The notes beneath the pieces were generated by a model. It ran no database searches, was not told the DNA's origin, and saw only the letters and a list, made by a program, of their open reading frames with translations. Source: a virus. Taken from it: DNA of 64,000 nt. Shown in pieces: positions 25,609-36,546 of this stretch (the stretch's first letter is position 1; every line of letters begins with the position of its first letter). The stretch lies in IMG/VR virus record IMGVR_UViG_3300046492_000199. One strand, written 5' to 3'. A program made the position numbers and the translations under genes.

Positions 25609-27783
25609 TTAACTCCACTGCTGAACCGCACCTGAAATAAGGGCGTTCTTGTCGTTTAGGATTTGCACTCTGTATTTCATAGAAGTGCCTGAAGGTTGAG
25701 ACGTAATGCTAGCCGTGCCTTCGAACTGACGAATCCCATTATAGTTCTCGGTCAGAGCCAATGTGACGCTGGTCCACGTCGTGCCGCCGTCGCGAGAAAC
25801 TTGACCAATAATATCAGTGTTTGGCGTTAATGTGGCACTGCCTGTGACTTGAATCGAGAGACGCGAAGATGTAGGAACGCTGAGCGCAGTGACTGGTACG
25901 GATTCTAAGGTGAGATCGGCGTAGTTGATATTGTTATTGCGGACTTCCAGTTCCGTTACAAAGTACCTTGTATTAGCCGTCGCTGCGGTATAACCGGTTA
26001 CGACAGGCGTGCCAGCTTCCGTGACACTTGCTTTGAAGTAACTGGCGTAAGATGCTCCAATATCAGAAATAGATGGTAGATAATTAGAAACAGGCGTGTC
26101 AAAAGCTATGACGTGATCCGCGCCCATGCTAAATGTTATCCAATCACTCCACACCGAAGAGCTAGCTGGAATTGTAACGTTATTCGCGCCGCCATTGAAT
26201 GTCACACGTACCGGCGTAGAGCTAACTGTATCCATGTCCCAAACGTTGCCAGTAGCAGCTTTACGTCCGAAGAAAACATTGTCTATGACGCCAGCACCGG
26301 CAGGGCCAGTGGTTAATTTTACTCTAAAAGCTGTTCCAATACTTAAAATACCGGTTCCATCTATAATAGTTCTAAGTGAGTATCTGGTAGATGCTGCGTT
26401 TGATATACCAGCAGCTACTGATAATACTTTAGTTCCAGCGCTTTTTGGAAAATAATAATCATTAGCGCTGTCGTAGATTTGATTCGCAGTGGTAGTCCCG
26501 GTATATACTGCGTACGGAGCAGCGGGTGGGGTGAAATTGGAGGTCCAACGTGCAACCCTGCTGATTCTAAACTCATCCAAGAACATCTGTGAACCAGTAG
26601 CATTATAATTTCTGCCAATCAGCGGTCTATTAGCTACTGCAATAACATTCATGTTATCCGTAAAGGTAGAACCCTCTTGCACACCATTGAGGTACATCTT
26701 AGTCACGTTGCCACTTCTAACAACGGCCATGTGATACCAAGTATTGGCTGTGATAAGGGTTGTGCCTGCAATGCTTGTCGAAGCATTGGTGCTGTAACTC
26801 AAGAAGTTAGCATTACTTACATACCAAGCAAAATTAGGATTCGGGGTGCCGGAACCGATTCGAGATTCATAAATAGTATCTTGAACACCAACAGCGGCGC
26901 GACGGAACCAACAATCGATAGTGAAATCACCAGTGCCAAACGCAAACCATGAATTTCCATCAGCTGCGTATGGTCCTCCATTGCCGCCAACACTTAGGCA
27001 AGAGCCTCCAAACTTGGATTGAGCAGTGGTAATCGTTGCAGTGCCCCAACATTCCCATGTAGGTATATTTATGCCATGGTTGATGCCAAAACCGCTATCG
27101 ATGATGGATTTTTTACCATTAACTCCATCGAAGTGAAGGCAAGTGATAGTATCAAAATCAATCCCGTTATTAACCGTTCCTAAATTAATACCATCTTCGG
27201 AATCATAAGGATCAGCAATGCCGCCAGCCATGCCGTTGCGGATACCTTTGATATCAGCCATGTCAAGAGCGAGAATTGAAATATTACGATGCGCCATATC
27301 GACAGACGCTGCATTCACGGTGGCAAGATTTCCATTCGTGGTAATATTGCCTTCGATAGTCACTAGTGAAGATTCTAACGTGCCAGCGCCACGAGTGACA
27401 GTTGTTGTGGTATAATCACCAGAGACTGGAACAACGTTGCCCGATCTACCATTAAACGAAGCGACACCAGCAACAGCACCCGTTGCAACACCGGCCCAAT
27501 ATTTCGCACTGCGTTGTCCCGGAACAATTTCATTCGGGCTCTCGGCCCATAGCGAGGCTAAAGTGCTATAACCGCTGGCAGATGTTGCAGCGGCTTGTGC
27601 TTGCGTGACATAACCGCCAGCTGTGGTGCCAATCGTGGCATAGAATTTTGCAAGGCTAGGAACAACACCAGAATCAATCGCAATGTCGAGAGTAGATGCG
27701 CCGTTAACAATATTGTTAAGGCGGTCCATATTGATTTCTAGTTTGTCAAGCTTGGCTTGAATCTCAGCGGAAGTTGCAGCCAT
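25609..27783 (-). CDS. Tail fibre/receptor-binding protein with LamG/ConA-like domain
   Basis: 724 aa; LHFDG...SKFGG...GDFTIDCW...WYHMAVVR...DEFRIS. Confidence 0.75.
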   Translation of the reverse strand: MAATSAEIQAKLDKLEINMDRLNNIVNGASTLDIAIDSGVVPSLAKFYATIGTTAGGYVTQAQAAATSASGYSTLASLWAESPNEIVPGQRSAKYWAGVATGAVAGVASFNGRSGNVVPVSGDYTTTTVTRGAGTLESSLVTIEGNITTNGNLATVNAASVDMAHRNISILALDMADIKGIRNGMAGGIADPYDSEDGINLGTVNNGIDFDTITCLHFDGVNGKKSIIDSGFGINHGINIPTWECWGTATITTAQSKFGGSCLSVGGNGGPYAADGNSWFAFGTGDFTIDCWFRRAAVGVQDTIYESRIGSGTPNPNFAWYVSNANFLSYSTNASTSIAGTTLITANTWYHMAVVRSGNVTKMYLNGVQEGSTFTDNMNVIAVANRPLIGRNYNATGSQMFLDEFRISRVARWTSNFTPPAAPYAVYTGTTTANQIYDSANDYYFPKSAGTKVLSVAAGISNAASTRYSLRTIIDGTGILSIGTAFRVKLTTGPAGAGVIDNVFFGRKAATGNVWDMDTVSSTPVRVTFNGGANNVTIPASSSVWSDWITFSMGADHVIAFDTPVSNYLPSISDIGASYASYFKASVTEAGTPVVTGYTAATANTRYFVTELEVRNNNINYADLTLESVPVTALSVPTSSRLSIQVTGSATLTPNTDIIGQVSRDGGTTWTSVTLALTENYNGIRQFEGTASITSQPSGTSMKYRVQILNDKNALISGAVQQWS

Positions 27784-27821
27784 TAAAAGTACCTTAAATA
27801 AAAATAGTGGTATAGCTTTGA

Positions 27822-27850
27822 ACTATACCACTATTTTTTAAAAAAGTCAA
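27822..27850 (-). promoter_or_regulatory. Sigma70-type promoter overlapping a 16-bp hairpin
   Basis: TTGACT-N17-TATAGT; arms 27800-27815 and 27823-27838. Confidence 0.65.
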
Positions 27851-27873
27851 GTTTAAAGTTTATGATCCAAATT

Positions 27874-28140
27874 TTAGTAAGCACTCACTGCTGCTTTGCC
27901 ACCGCCGCCAGTATTACCGGAACGGATATAGACATTGTTAGAGCCGAGTGATACTAATTTAATAGTGCAACGACTTGGAAGTTCGTGACCCACAACACTG
28001 GCTAGATCGGAAGGTGCAGCTGCCACGCCCCAAAACAGAGGGATGGTGGAAGGGTTATAGATAATGACTGTACCTTTTGCCGCCGAAACTGCGGTCCAAG
28101 CCGAGTCTGCCAAGGTGTAATCAGTTGTTAAAGCTGCCAT
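27874..28140 (-). CDS. Small beta-rich virion protein candidate
   Basis: 88 aa; resembles 33451..33711. Confidence 0.55.
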   Translation of the reverse strand: MAALTTDYTLADSAWTAVSAAKGTVIIYNPSTIPLFWGVAAAPSDLASVVGHELPSRCTIKLVSLGSNNVYIRSGNTGGGGKAAVSAY

Positions 28141-28163
28141 GATATTTTCTCACTTTTTAAAGA

Positions 28164-29372
28164 TTAAACAAATTTGTAATAAGGATCGAGGTATGGGACC
28201 ATGTTAGCCGCTATCACAGCTGCCATGTTTGCATGATCTGTTGGGCCGGGGTGAATCTGATCAGAAGGATACGTGGTGAAATCGCCAGCCGCAGTATTAG
28301 TGTCGTGATACTGATCAACAAGACCATCAGCGCCAGCCGCGAGCCAAGCATTATAATCACTTCTGACCGTGTTCTTAGACGCGTCATAAGTGCCGCGAGG
28401 AATAATTGCTGTGGCATGAATTCTGAGACGGAAACCGTATGGTCCAACTATTCCGCGAGCATAACTAGCCAGATCGGTAAATCTGGTTTTCATCGTTGCG
28501 AGCGAAGCACTGTTGGCAATGTCGTTAGTACCTAATTGAATAAGTAGATCGGTACAATAAGGCCATAACTGTCTCTGTAACGGAGCGACGGCTAATTGCT
28601 GATTTCCTAATGTATTGGCATCAATAGTTTGTTTATGCCAAGGAAAAACAACGCCATTGACGTTTTGCATAGCGCGGGCCAAGAAGCCCTGAGTCGTTGA
28701 GGTGTTTGTATCGTTCAAGTAAGTCGCAATGCTATCACCAACGATACAAACTGCTGGCATAGGAACATCAGGAATACCAAGAATAAGGGCGGGCCAAATC
28801 GCAGGACCGCCACCCGTACCACTAGTGTTCATAGAGCCGTTGCTCATCAACTGATTGCCAGAGGAAGATCTAAAGCCTTGGCTAGATGGCCCGTTTAGAG
28901 TAATGACGCTAAAGCTATCTGTATCTCCCGGAACTGTTCTATAGAAACGAGTATAATATCTGGTATTTTTGGCCCACGTTACGTTGATTTCATCACTAAT
29001 AATCATTCCGCCAGCGGGTGTGTCCGCCGTTGTTGAAGCAAGCCATGTGGCACGCGAAGTGATGGTTCCGGTTTCAACCGATCTTTGCCACGTACATGTC
29101 GCCGCCGGTGAAGAAAGTTCTTGGCCAGAGCCGGGATTGATTCTAAACTGTACATCAACAATTTTAATGCGTGAGCAATTAGCATTGCCTATGTCGTGCC
29201 CGTTGCGGCCTTGATTGGCAATATAAGAGCTTGTTTTCTGAACCACCGCTCCATTGGGAACGGCGGTAAAGCTTGCAATAAGTTGGTGGTTTACCGGGGC
29301 GGGGCGAACCGCTCCCGAAGTTGATACATTGGCGGGAGCAATGTTTCTTTTTTTAAATTTTGAAATAGGCAT
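28164..29372 (-). CDS. SGNH/GDSL hydrolase domain protein
   Basis: VGDSIA, QLGTND, D.IHP. Confidence 0.82.
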   Translation of the reverse strand: MPISKFKKRNIAPANVSTSGAVRPAPVNHQLIASFTAVPNGAVVQKTSSYIANQGRNGHDIGNANCSRIKIVDVQFRINPGSGQELSSPAATCTWQRSVETGTITSRATWLASTTADTPAGGMIISDEINVTWAKNTRYYTRFYRTVPGDTDSFSVITLNGPSSQGFRSSSGNQLMSNGSMNTSGTGGGPAIWPALILGIPDVPMPAVCIVGDSIATYLNDTNTSTTQGFLARAMQNVNGVVFPWHKQTIDANTLGNQQLAVAPLQRQLWPYCTDLLIQLGTNDIANSASLATMKTRFTDLASYARGIVGPYGFRLRIHATAIIPRGTYDASKNTVRSDYNAWLAAGADGLVDQYHDTNTAAGDFTTYPSDQIHPGPTDHANMAAVIAANMVPYLDPYYKFV

Positions 29373-32300
29373 TATGCTGTTACCGTAATTGCTAAGAAAT
29401 AATCTTTAATGTCGATGCCGCGCGTTTGACGCAAGATGCATACAACGGTTGAACCATTAGTTAGTGTCGCAGTGCTACGAGCAATATCTCCATCTGCGTT
29501 GATATAAATCGCTGCCCCGGTATAAGCCGTTGGAGCAGTTGCAGAATTCAACAGAGTGCGGGTTTCATTGTTTAACAGAGGAGGTAGATTAACTACGACA
29601 GCGTCTAAAGCAGTACCAGCAATAGAAATAGTTCCTGTTGTTGTGAGAACTGGCATTGGAGTTGCTAGTTCGCCGGTACGCGCAATTGGAGTCGATGTGG
29701 CATACGTTGCGTCATAGGCCAAGTTAGTGACTGTACCATCCGTTACAACGATATGGATACGATCAACACGGCTGACCAAGCAACCCATATCTTCGGTCTG
29801 AATCGTGTAACTCGGACCAGTTGCACCATCGATCCAGCGGCAGTCATAGCCCAAATGCTCGGTCCAATTAGCTAGCTGAACAACGGGACGGTGACGACGC
29901 CATTGATACGAGCGCGTAATCGTTGCACCCGGAAACTGAGCCAAGATTACTGAAGTGTCAAAGTCAGTATCGGTTCCGTCTAGGGTTTGACCCACGGCAC
30001 GCGTTCCCGTAATTACGGCACGAGTAAGAATCGGAGGAGGAGCAACAACAACACCCTTATAGATGAAGTGATCGGACCAAGTGAAACTCTTCATAGTTCC
30101 AACTTGCGGAACAGTAGTATCGGTACGACGCAGCGTAGTAGTTACGTTGTGGAACACGATGCCACGGAAAATACCAGAAGTAGGTCTGTCAATGCTGATG
30201 CCGTTGGCGCACTTCCAAATCAATTCATCATGAACCGCAATATCGGCACGATATGGCTTGATCGTATTACCAGAAACAGAAATACCAGAATAAGAATGGG
30301 CTCTGTTAATGTTGTACCAAGTATTATCGTAAACTTCGTGCTGTAACGAACCGCCTTGGTTATCATAACCACCAATGCCGTAGCCAAACGAATAGCTATT
30401 CATAAGGGCGTGGGTGCAAGCGTTGCGGCAGAATACTTGGAAGTCGCCTTCATCCGTACCCTTAACGAAGTTATTTCCATCCATTTTATTATCATGGCTA
30501 TAGACGTAGCTCGCCATGTTCGTAACGAGGCAACCCTTGCCCGAACTGGTCTTAACGCTGGCCATGTCGAGGAAGCAACCACGTGCGATAAAGCCACGGT
30601 TCTTAGTCGTGAAACGGTCTTCGCGAAGCTGAACCGCGTCACCTTCAGCCGCAAATACTGGCTTAGTGTTTACGTTTTCAAGAATTACACGATCAGTGTT
30701 GTCGAGGTAGATACCATCGGACCAAACTCGGTCCAACGTGACACGACGCAGCGTAATGTCGTTACAGTTCTGGAAGAACAGGCCTTGCGAGTTTTCGTTT
30801 TTCGCGACATAACCGCAAGGATCAAATAGGCAATCTTCTACGAGCCAGTTGCTGCCTTGGCGTTGCTGAAGTCCGCGTTGGTTGCCAGCAATGTTTAGAT
30901 TTTTAATCGTTACATTGCTTAGGCCCTGAGTACCGTCAGTGTATTGATCAATACCAAATGTCACGCCAGTTCCGATGGTCGGATATCCGCCTGTGCCAAA
31001 TGCATCATAGGTACGGCTCGCGCCAACGACTAGCTGCGTGGACCAAGAAGAACCACGCTTAAGCAGGGCTGATCCGCTTGAAGTGATTGAGCCTGTTCCG
31101 GTTAAGGTCTGCTTCGCCGTGTCAGGAGTTTGACCATCAAAACCATCGTTACCGCCAGCTAGATCGTAATACGTTGCTGGACCTAGAACAGTAAGTGGAT
31201 CAGAATAAGCCGTGGTTGAACCAATGCCGTTTGTAGCCGTTACGGCGACACGAATTCTCTTACCCACGTCACCTGTGACAGGGATGTAAGTTGAAGTGGT
31301 TGCACCAGAAACGTTGGCCCAATCGCCCGCATTCAATGTAGCTTCAAGCTGAACCTGCATCGCAAAAGTGGTTGGCTGATGATTCCACGAACCAAGCGTG
31401 ATGTTGTGTGCCACGTTGACGCGAGTTTCGGTCGCTGTAATCGCTGGAATGATTAGATTAGCGGGAGCAAGAGTTTGCGCCCCGCTTGCTTCTAACGTAA
31501 TGCCAGCCGTTGTTACATTGTGAGTGAAACTTGAATTAGAATATGTAACCTTAGCAGCAATCGACTTACCGGCATGCTCGGAGCGTGACGTGAATTTATT
31601 CTTACCTAGTGCGAGTCCGGTATAAGCACCCCAAGGAACGTCGATATAACTTGCGCCACTGATGGGGTCAATGTTATAGTTGTTTGAGCCAGAACCGGTA
31701 TTTTTCTGCTGCAACTTAACTCTGAGAAAATCACCAGAGTTCCACGCACCGAAATCATTAGTGACTGTAACGGTGTACGGGCTATTGCCGACAGATGGAA
31801 TAAATCCAGTGCCCAATGTGCCATGGATCATCTGAACTTCAGAGCCAACTACTGTGCCGGTAGAATCGACACGAGCTAGAAAGACTTTCGCACTGGTTTG
31901 AGAATTAGTCGTACCTTGTTTGAACGTGACGGAATATAATTGAGCCCCGTCGTTCTGACCGCCCGCAGCCGTAGCAGCTAAGTAGTAATAATCGTTTTCT
32001 GTTGCAAAAGCGGCTAGTGATGCTGCGTTTGTATTGCTGCCGTTATAAGCACTTGTGCCATAAGCTCTGGTGTAGTTATCGCCCTGTGGGAAAGTCCCAT
32101 TTGATGCAACGGTTTGAGCGTAATATCTCTTAGATGATCTCGTATCGTTAATTTTAACACCATCGGCTTGCCATTCGAAAGCCGTCTCTTTTGCAAAATT
32201 AGTATAGACACCCGGAACGATGGCAATTTCAGAGCCGATCAGACTAGTTCCAGATAGTGAAGGGGCTGTTGTTACAGCTGTATCGAGATAAGCAATAGGT

Positions 32301-32947
32301 CCAATGGCATTAGCACTTACCCAAGCCGATGTACCAGCAGTATTAACCGCTGCAACTTGTGCCGTGATATTGTCAAAGTCATCGTCTTCTTGAAGAACGT
32401 AAGTGCTTGCATTAGCGCCGGGGATGAGATACGAACCACGGAGCCAACGATATAGGAAAGTCGTTGGATTATTGGCCCACGTTCCGGGATTGACTGATAA
32501 AGTGCTGCCAACAAGTGCTGAGCCGGTTGTGACAGGGGCAACAGTATTAGCCGCGAGCAAGTCCCAATGCCAGCCAGTGATGTTTTTAATTAAGAAAGAC
32601 GAAGCCGTTACTTTAAGGGTGTGATCTAATCCGCGAGTACCATAAGGCGTAAAGTCATAGGTGAAGTCGCCATTCGCATCAGTCACAGCAGTTTTAGCCG
32701 CAGCGCCGTCTAGGGAGAGCGTAACGTTCAATCCTTCAACAAGATTGCCGGGAGACAGGAGTCGGCCCGTTACAACTGGAGTCGTATCTGTTCTAACAAG
32801 CAAACTAGCGCCGGTTCCGCCTCCACTATTAATGTCGGAGATTGCAACCTTATAAGGTACGCCGTTATCATCTACTAGAAGTAATGAACCAGTTGCGATA
32901 GCGTCAACCGGGGCTGATGGTAAAGTTTCTACTGAAACGCGTGCCAT
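29372..32947 (-). CDS. Large fibre protein with Ig-like repeats and a beta-helix domain
   Basis: 1191 aa; repeated P.ITG...VG..L....G.W...P..Y.YQW modules and parallel beta-helix coils. Confidence 0.7.
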   Translation of the reverse strand: MARVSVETLPSAPVDAIATGSLLLVDDNGVPYKVAISDINSGGGTGASLLVRTDTTPVVTGRLLSPGNLVEGLNVTLSLDGAAAKTAVTDANGDFTYDFTPYGTRGLDHTLKVTASSFLIKNITGWHWDLLAANTVAPVTTGSALVGSTLSVNPGTWANNPTTFLYRWLRGSYLIPGANASTYVLQEDDDFDNITAQVAAVNTAGTSAWVSANAIGPIAYLDTAVTTAPSLSGTSLIGSEIAIVPGVYTNFAKETAFEWQADGVKINDTRSSKRYYAQTVASNGTFPQGDNYTRAYGTSAYNGSNTNAASLAAFATENDYYYLAATAAGGQNDGAQLYSVTFKQGTTNSQTSAKVFLARVDSTGTVVGSEVQMIHGTLGTGFIPSVGNSPYTVTVTNDFGAWNSGDFLRVKLQQKNTGSGSNNYNIDPISGASYIDVPWGAYTGLALGKNKFTSRSEHAGKSIAAKVTYSNSSFTHNVTTAGITLEASGAQTLAPANLIIPAITATETRVNVAHNITLGSWNHQPTTFAMQVQLEATLNAGDWANVSGATTSTYIPVTGDVGKRIRVAVTATNGIGSTTAYSDPLTVLGPATYYDLAGGNDGFDGQTPDTAKQTLTGTGSITSSGSALLKRGSSWSTQLVVGASRTYDAFGTGGYPTIGTGVTFGIDQYTDGTQGLSNVTIKNLNIAGNQRGLQQRQGSNWLVEDCLFDPCGYVAKNENSQGLFFQNCNDITLRRVTLDRVWSDGIYLDNTDRVILENVNTKPVFAAEGDAVQLREDRFTTKNRGFIARGCFLDMASVKTSSGKGCLVTNMASYVYSHDNKMDGNNFVKGTDEGDFQVFCRNACTHALMNSYSFGYGIGGYDNQGGSLQHEVYDNTWYNINRAHSYSGISVSGNTIKPYRADIAVHDELIWKCANGISIDRPTSGIFRGIVFHNVTTTLRRTDTTVPQVGTMKSFTWSDHFIYKGVVVAPPPILTRAVITGTRAVGQTLDGTDTDFDTSVILAQFPGATITRSYQWRRHRPVVQLANWTEHLGYDCRWIDGATGPSYTIQTEDMGCLVSRVDRIHIVVTDGTVTNLAYDATYATSTPIARTGELATPMPVLTTTGTISIAGTALDAVVVNLPPLLNNETRTLLNSATAPTAYTGAAIYINADGDIARSTATLTNGSTVVCILRQTRGIDIKDYFLAITVTA

Positions 32948-32952
32948 AAATA

Positions 32953-33444
32953 TTATTGCTCCAAAAGGTCTACTAGTGTGGCAAGGGTAACTTTTCTAGA
33001 ACCGCTAGCCGTTGCGATGAAAGTGTAGCCAACAAGCGTGGCTGTGGTATTTAATTCATTTAAAAATTTATCTTGTAGGGTATGAATCCCTACGTCATCG
33101 GCTGATCTATCGCCGGAATATGCTACGTTGCTCAGCGCTTCATCGAGCAGGAGGAGGGAAAATTCTTCAGTCGGTGAAGGTGTAGTTCCGCCGCCGCCGG
33201 GACCGCCATTATTGCCACCATCCCCATTATCGCCATCATCGGTATGACCGCCGCCACCGTTGCCATCGCCTGTGCCGCCACCGGGATTTTGGGCAGGATT
33301 TTGCTTCTTCGCTTCATCTTCGATATCGGGATTGCCGATGTAGAAGTGAACCTTCCCGATTGACCAACGAATTTTACGCCCGCTCTTCTTAATGAAAAAC
33401 GAACGTCGCAATCTGTTATTTAGGGAAGAGCCGCGAATCGACAT
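32953..33444 (-). CDS. Hypothetical protein with Gly-rich linker
   Basis: 163 aa in fibre operon. Confidence 0.55.
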   Translation of the reverse strand: MSIRGSSLNNRLRRSFFIKKSGRKIRWSIGKVHFYIGNPDIEDEAKKQNPAQNPGGGTGDGNGGGGHTDDGDNGDGGNNGGPGGGGTTPSPTEEFSLLLLDEALSNVAYSGDRSADDVGIHTLQDKFLNELNTTATLVGYTFIATASGSRKVTLATLVDLLEQ

Positions 33445-33450
33445 AATTTT

Positions 33451-33711
33451 TTAAACCGTCAATACTTTGACAATAACTTCTTGCGCGGGGCAGCGAATAA
33501 AAATCTTATCGGTATTGGCAGTGAGACTTGACGCACTGAAATTGTCATCCGCATCGATCTGCACAAAGTCCAGTGTGTTATCGGCTGGGGTGTCAGGTCC
33601 GATAAAAAGTTCAAGGTCGAATTGCTTATTGGCAAAAAGAAAAACTTCAGTGGTATTGAAAGCCACTAGAACCCATGACGAAGAAACGGTGTAAGCCTTG
33701 GAAGCGGCCAT
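33451..33711 (-). CDS. Small beta-rich virion protein candidate
   Basis: 86 aa, first gene after the 33748 promoter. Confidence 0.55.
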   Translation of the reverse strand: MAASKAYTVSSSWVLVAFNTTEVFLFANKQFDLELFIGPDTPADNTLDFVQIDADDNFSASSLTANTDKIFIRCPAQEVIVKVLTV

Positions 33712-33747
33712 AATAATAATCCCTAAATAAATATTTATTTTGGGATT

Positions 33748-33776
33748 AATATAACATTAAATTTTTAAAAAGTCAA
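33748..33776 (-). promoter_or_regulatory. Sigma70-type promoter
   Basis: TTGACT-N17-TATATT. Confidence 0.65.
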
Positions 33777-33803
33777 GAATTTATTACTTGGTCCAAAAGT
33801 TAA

Positions 33804-34982
33804 CTAAACGGCCCATTTCTTGATCGTAGAGCCGAGGAAATTTCCTAGATCGGTATAGAGTAATTCTGTGGGGTGATTGGCGTTAAACATCCAGCCCTTA
33901 CTGTTTAACGTGACCCAATCTGTGTATTTCCCGAACTGATCCACCATCGGTAGATTGTTGGAAGCCGCCAGTTTGCGTAACGCTTCTCTGAACTGTTGTT
34001 GCACCGTGTCGGTAATTGTATCGATGCGCGACGGATTACCAGTCATCAGCATTACATCGGCTCCACCAGCTTTCGCGGCGTTGATAATGGATTGCATTTG
34101 AGTGGGATATGTCGTGTTATAAGTCGTAGGAGCGAGGAGGCCGTTATTAATTGTTAAATCAATAATAACTAGATCGGCATCGGAACAATAAGTAGTAACC
34201 GCGTTTAGCGAGGTCCAAGGGTTTGCCGTGCCGATCCAATCCGAGGTTTGCGAGACGCAGTTTCCAAGGTTCCAAATATCAATGGCTTTGGACGTATCGT
34301 CCCACGCCCTAACCCCTGCTACGAAAGCATTACCTGAATCTCGTTTGACATTAAGGGTATGAGTGCCGAGCGAGCCGCAATCAATAATGGTGCTTCTGAG
34401 AGTATTGGTTCCGTTTTGAGAAACGATTGTGTCACTTCCGCCATCAACGTTATAAGCAATGGCTCCACCAGTGCTAATAATAATATCAATCAATTCAAAT
34501 TTCGAAACAGCAATTGTGGGAGTGTAGCTCAAAACACTAGTCGTGTCGGCAGTGTTGGTGAACAAACAACCACCAGCCGTGGTAGAAGAAGATAATACCC
34601 AACCAGCTGACGCAGGGTTAAAGCCCGACTTAACAGAATTTCTGTTTTCTGTAATAGTGACAACTGTTGTGGTTAGGCCAGAACTTCCAATTTTATTTTC
34701 ATTGACAGCCGGGACGCCGAGCGTGGTGAGGGATGCAGCGAGTTTGGCGGGCCAAGCTTTTGACATGCATCCACCTCTACCAGTGCCGCCTGTTCCAGAC
34801 CCTTCACCAAAAGTGGTGCTGTCTCCGATGCAAATGATTTTACCACGACCTGTACCGCTCGTGACGCGAGCCAATGCATCGCGCGTTTTACGAAACTGCG
34901 TCGAAGAAAAATTATAAAGCCCCGGCACAATTGTCGCGCCAGAGCCTACAATTGCTCTTTTTTGATTTTTTCCCAATGCCAT
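33804..34982 (-). CDS. SGNH/GDSL hydrolase domain protein
   Basis: IGDSTTFG, DLTINN, ANHP; start MALGKN at 34982. Confidence 0.8.
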   Translation of the reverse strand: MALGKNQKRAIVGSGATIVPGLYNFSSTQFRKTRDALARVTSGTGRGKIICIGDSTTFGEGSGTGGTGRGGCMSKAWPAKLAASLTTLGVPAVNENKIGSSGLTTTVVTITENRNSVKSGFNPASAGWVLSSSTTAGGCLFTNTADTTSVLSYTPTIAVSKFELIDIIISTGGAIAYNVDGGSDTIVSQNGTNTLRSTIIDCGSLGTHTLNVKRDSGNAFVAGVRAWDDTSKAIDIWNLGNCVSQTSDWIGTANPWTSLNAVTTYCSDADLVIIDLTINNGLLAPTTYNTTYPTQMQSIINAAKAGGADVMLMTGNPSRIDTITDTVQQQFREALRKLAASNNLPMVDQFGKYTDWVTLNSKGWMFNANHPTELLYTDLGNFLGSTIKKWAV

Positions 34983-35020
34983 AGTAACAAAAATACCCCC
35001 AAAATCCCAATTTTGAGGGT

Positions 35021-35049
35021 ATATTAGCACTTAATTTTTAAAAAGTCAA
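35021..35049 (-). promoter_or_regulatory. Sigma70-type promoter
   Basis: TTGACT-N17-TAATAT; the -35 contains the upstream TGA stop. Confidence 0.6.
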
Positions 35050-35807
35050 GAAATATCGAGTTTTGCCATTTCTTCACAAATATCATCGCCGGGGATGAGC
35101 ATTGAGATTCCGGTATATGAAGACATTTTTCTTGGCTCTACGCCTTTGCTAGGGTCATCTGGATCATTGGGGGCTAGCGCAATACCGGCTGGTCCGGTAA
35201 GGATCGCGTCATTGAGGCCAATCACTTCGCCTTTGACATTAAAGGTAGGTCCGCCGCTCATGCCGGGGGCTACGACTAGATCAGTAGGGATAATGTTAAA
35301 TTCGGTAACACTATTTGAAACTTTGTGTCCCGCAACCTTGCCAAACGTTGTGATAAACTCTAGGAAGGTTGGGTTGCCCATCGAGATAATGTCATCACCC
35401 AATTTAGGACTGGTGCAGCTGAGTTTTGATTTCTTTAACGCTTTACCAGCTTTGATTGGCTCAAGGAACGCTATGTCCTTTTCGGGGATTAATTTAACGA
35501 TTTTTAGGTCAAAAATCGTTCCGTCAGGCATTTTTGCGATGAATTTAGCTATTTTTGAGCCTTTTTCGCCCGCAAAAACGTGATTTACCGACAAAATCAG
35601 GCCATTTTCGATATAAACGCCACTCCCATGGCCCATTTCTTCGTTTTTATCGTCAATTGCTTCAATTTTAACCACTGAAGCCATCATTTTGTCGTAATCC
35701 GGAGCTTTATTATCAAAATACGCAAAACTCGAAAGTCCTGCAACTGCGACCGCAGCAATAAATGCAATTTTAATCATTAGTCTGTTCCCATTTATTTCGT
35801 TTATCAT
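35046..35807 (-). CDS. Trypsin-like (S1/HtrA-type) serine protease with signal/anchor helix
   Basis: Triad motifs SVNHV, DIAFL, PGMSGGP. Confidence 0.85.
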   Translation of the reverse strand: MINEINGNRLMIKIAFIAAVAVAGLSSFAYFDNKAPDYDKMMASVVKIEAIDDKNEEMGHGSGVYIENGLILSVNHVFAGEKGSKIAKFIAKMPDGTIFDLKIVKLIPEKDIAFLEPIKAGKALKKSKLSCTSPKLGDDIISMGNPTFLEFITTFGKVAGHKVSNSVTEFNIIPTDLVVAPGMSGGPTFNVKGEVIGLNDAILTGPAGIALAPNDPDDPSKGVEPRKMSSYTGISMLIPGDDICEEMAKLDIS

Positions 35808-35909
35808 CTCATATAATTAACGAAATGTCAAGATTTAAATTAATGGTCCAAAAATTAAAATGGTAAGTTACTGAAATTTTTGAGCACTAACTTGCGGTGA
35901 AAAATTTTT

Positions 35910-36040
35910 TTGAGGGTAAGGGTCTGGAACATGGGGGGGGGTGTGTTGGCGTACAAGTTGGGTTGTGTATTTTTTACAGTAGTAAGGCCGGAAATCGAGG
36001 GGGAGGGGTATACCGGCCTTGGGTCCCTCTCGATTTTAAA
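35910..36040. other. G-rich non-coding segment with interleaved inverted repeats; candidate genome-end/packaging signal
   Basis: G9 run at 35933-35941 and two 8-bp inverted repeats. Confidence 0.35.
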
Positions 36041-36073
36041 TCAATAATAGATTAGAGTCAACAACAATCGACA

Positions 36074-36268
36074 CTAGTCATCGCATCTCGTCTCGACTAG
36101 CTCAAGTTTAAATTGTTTTAATGATTTATTTAATTCTGAATCTATTTTATTTATTTCATCTTCTTTCATTCTGCATTCTTCATACGTGTATTGACCATAC
36201 ACGTGCAACGAATCAATATCCGTTGCAGTGTTATGCACTAGCACAAAGAGAGTCAGCAACTTAATCAT
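36074..36268 (-). CDS. Small two-Cys exported protein candidate
   Basis: Hydrophobic N-terminus, TYEEC...RC. Confidence 0.55.
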   Translation of the reverse strand: MIKLLTLFVLVHNTATDIDSLHVYGQYTYEECRMKEDEINKIDSELNKSLKQFKLELVETRCDD

Positions 36269-36546
36269 ATCGTTTCCCCTTCTATCCCTAGCCTGCTAGG
36301 CGCATGGCCTATGCATGCACCATGTATTAGAACATATTAATGATTGCAGTATATGCGGCATGCGCTGCGAGCTTGAACAATTCGCGTATGATGTAAGGCG
36401 CGACATGATCGGTAGTCATCATGTATGCCAGCCCACAAGCCATAGCAGTGGCAAAGCAGTTGCTGATATCGGAGAAGAAATAACCAATCTGTTTACGCAT
36501 GCGCCTTACTCCTTATGTGTTGTGTATGAATAGACTATATCGAACA

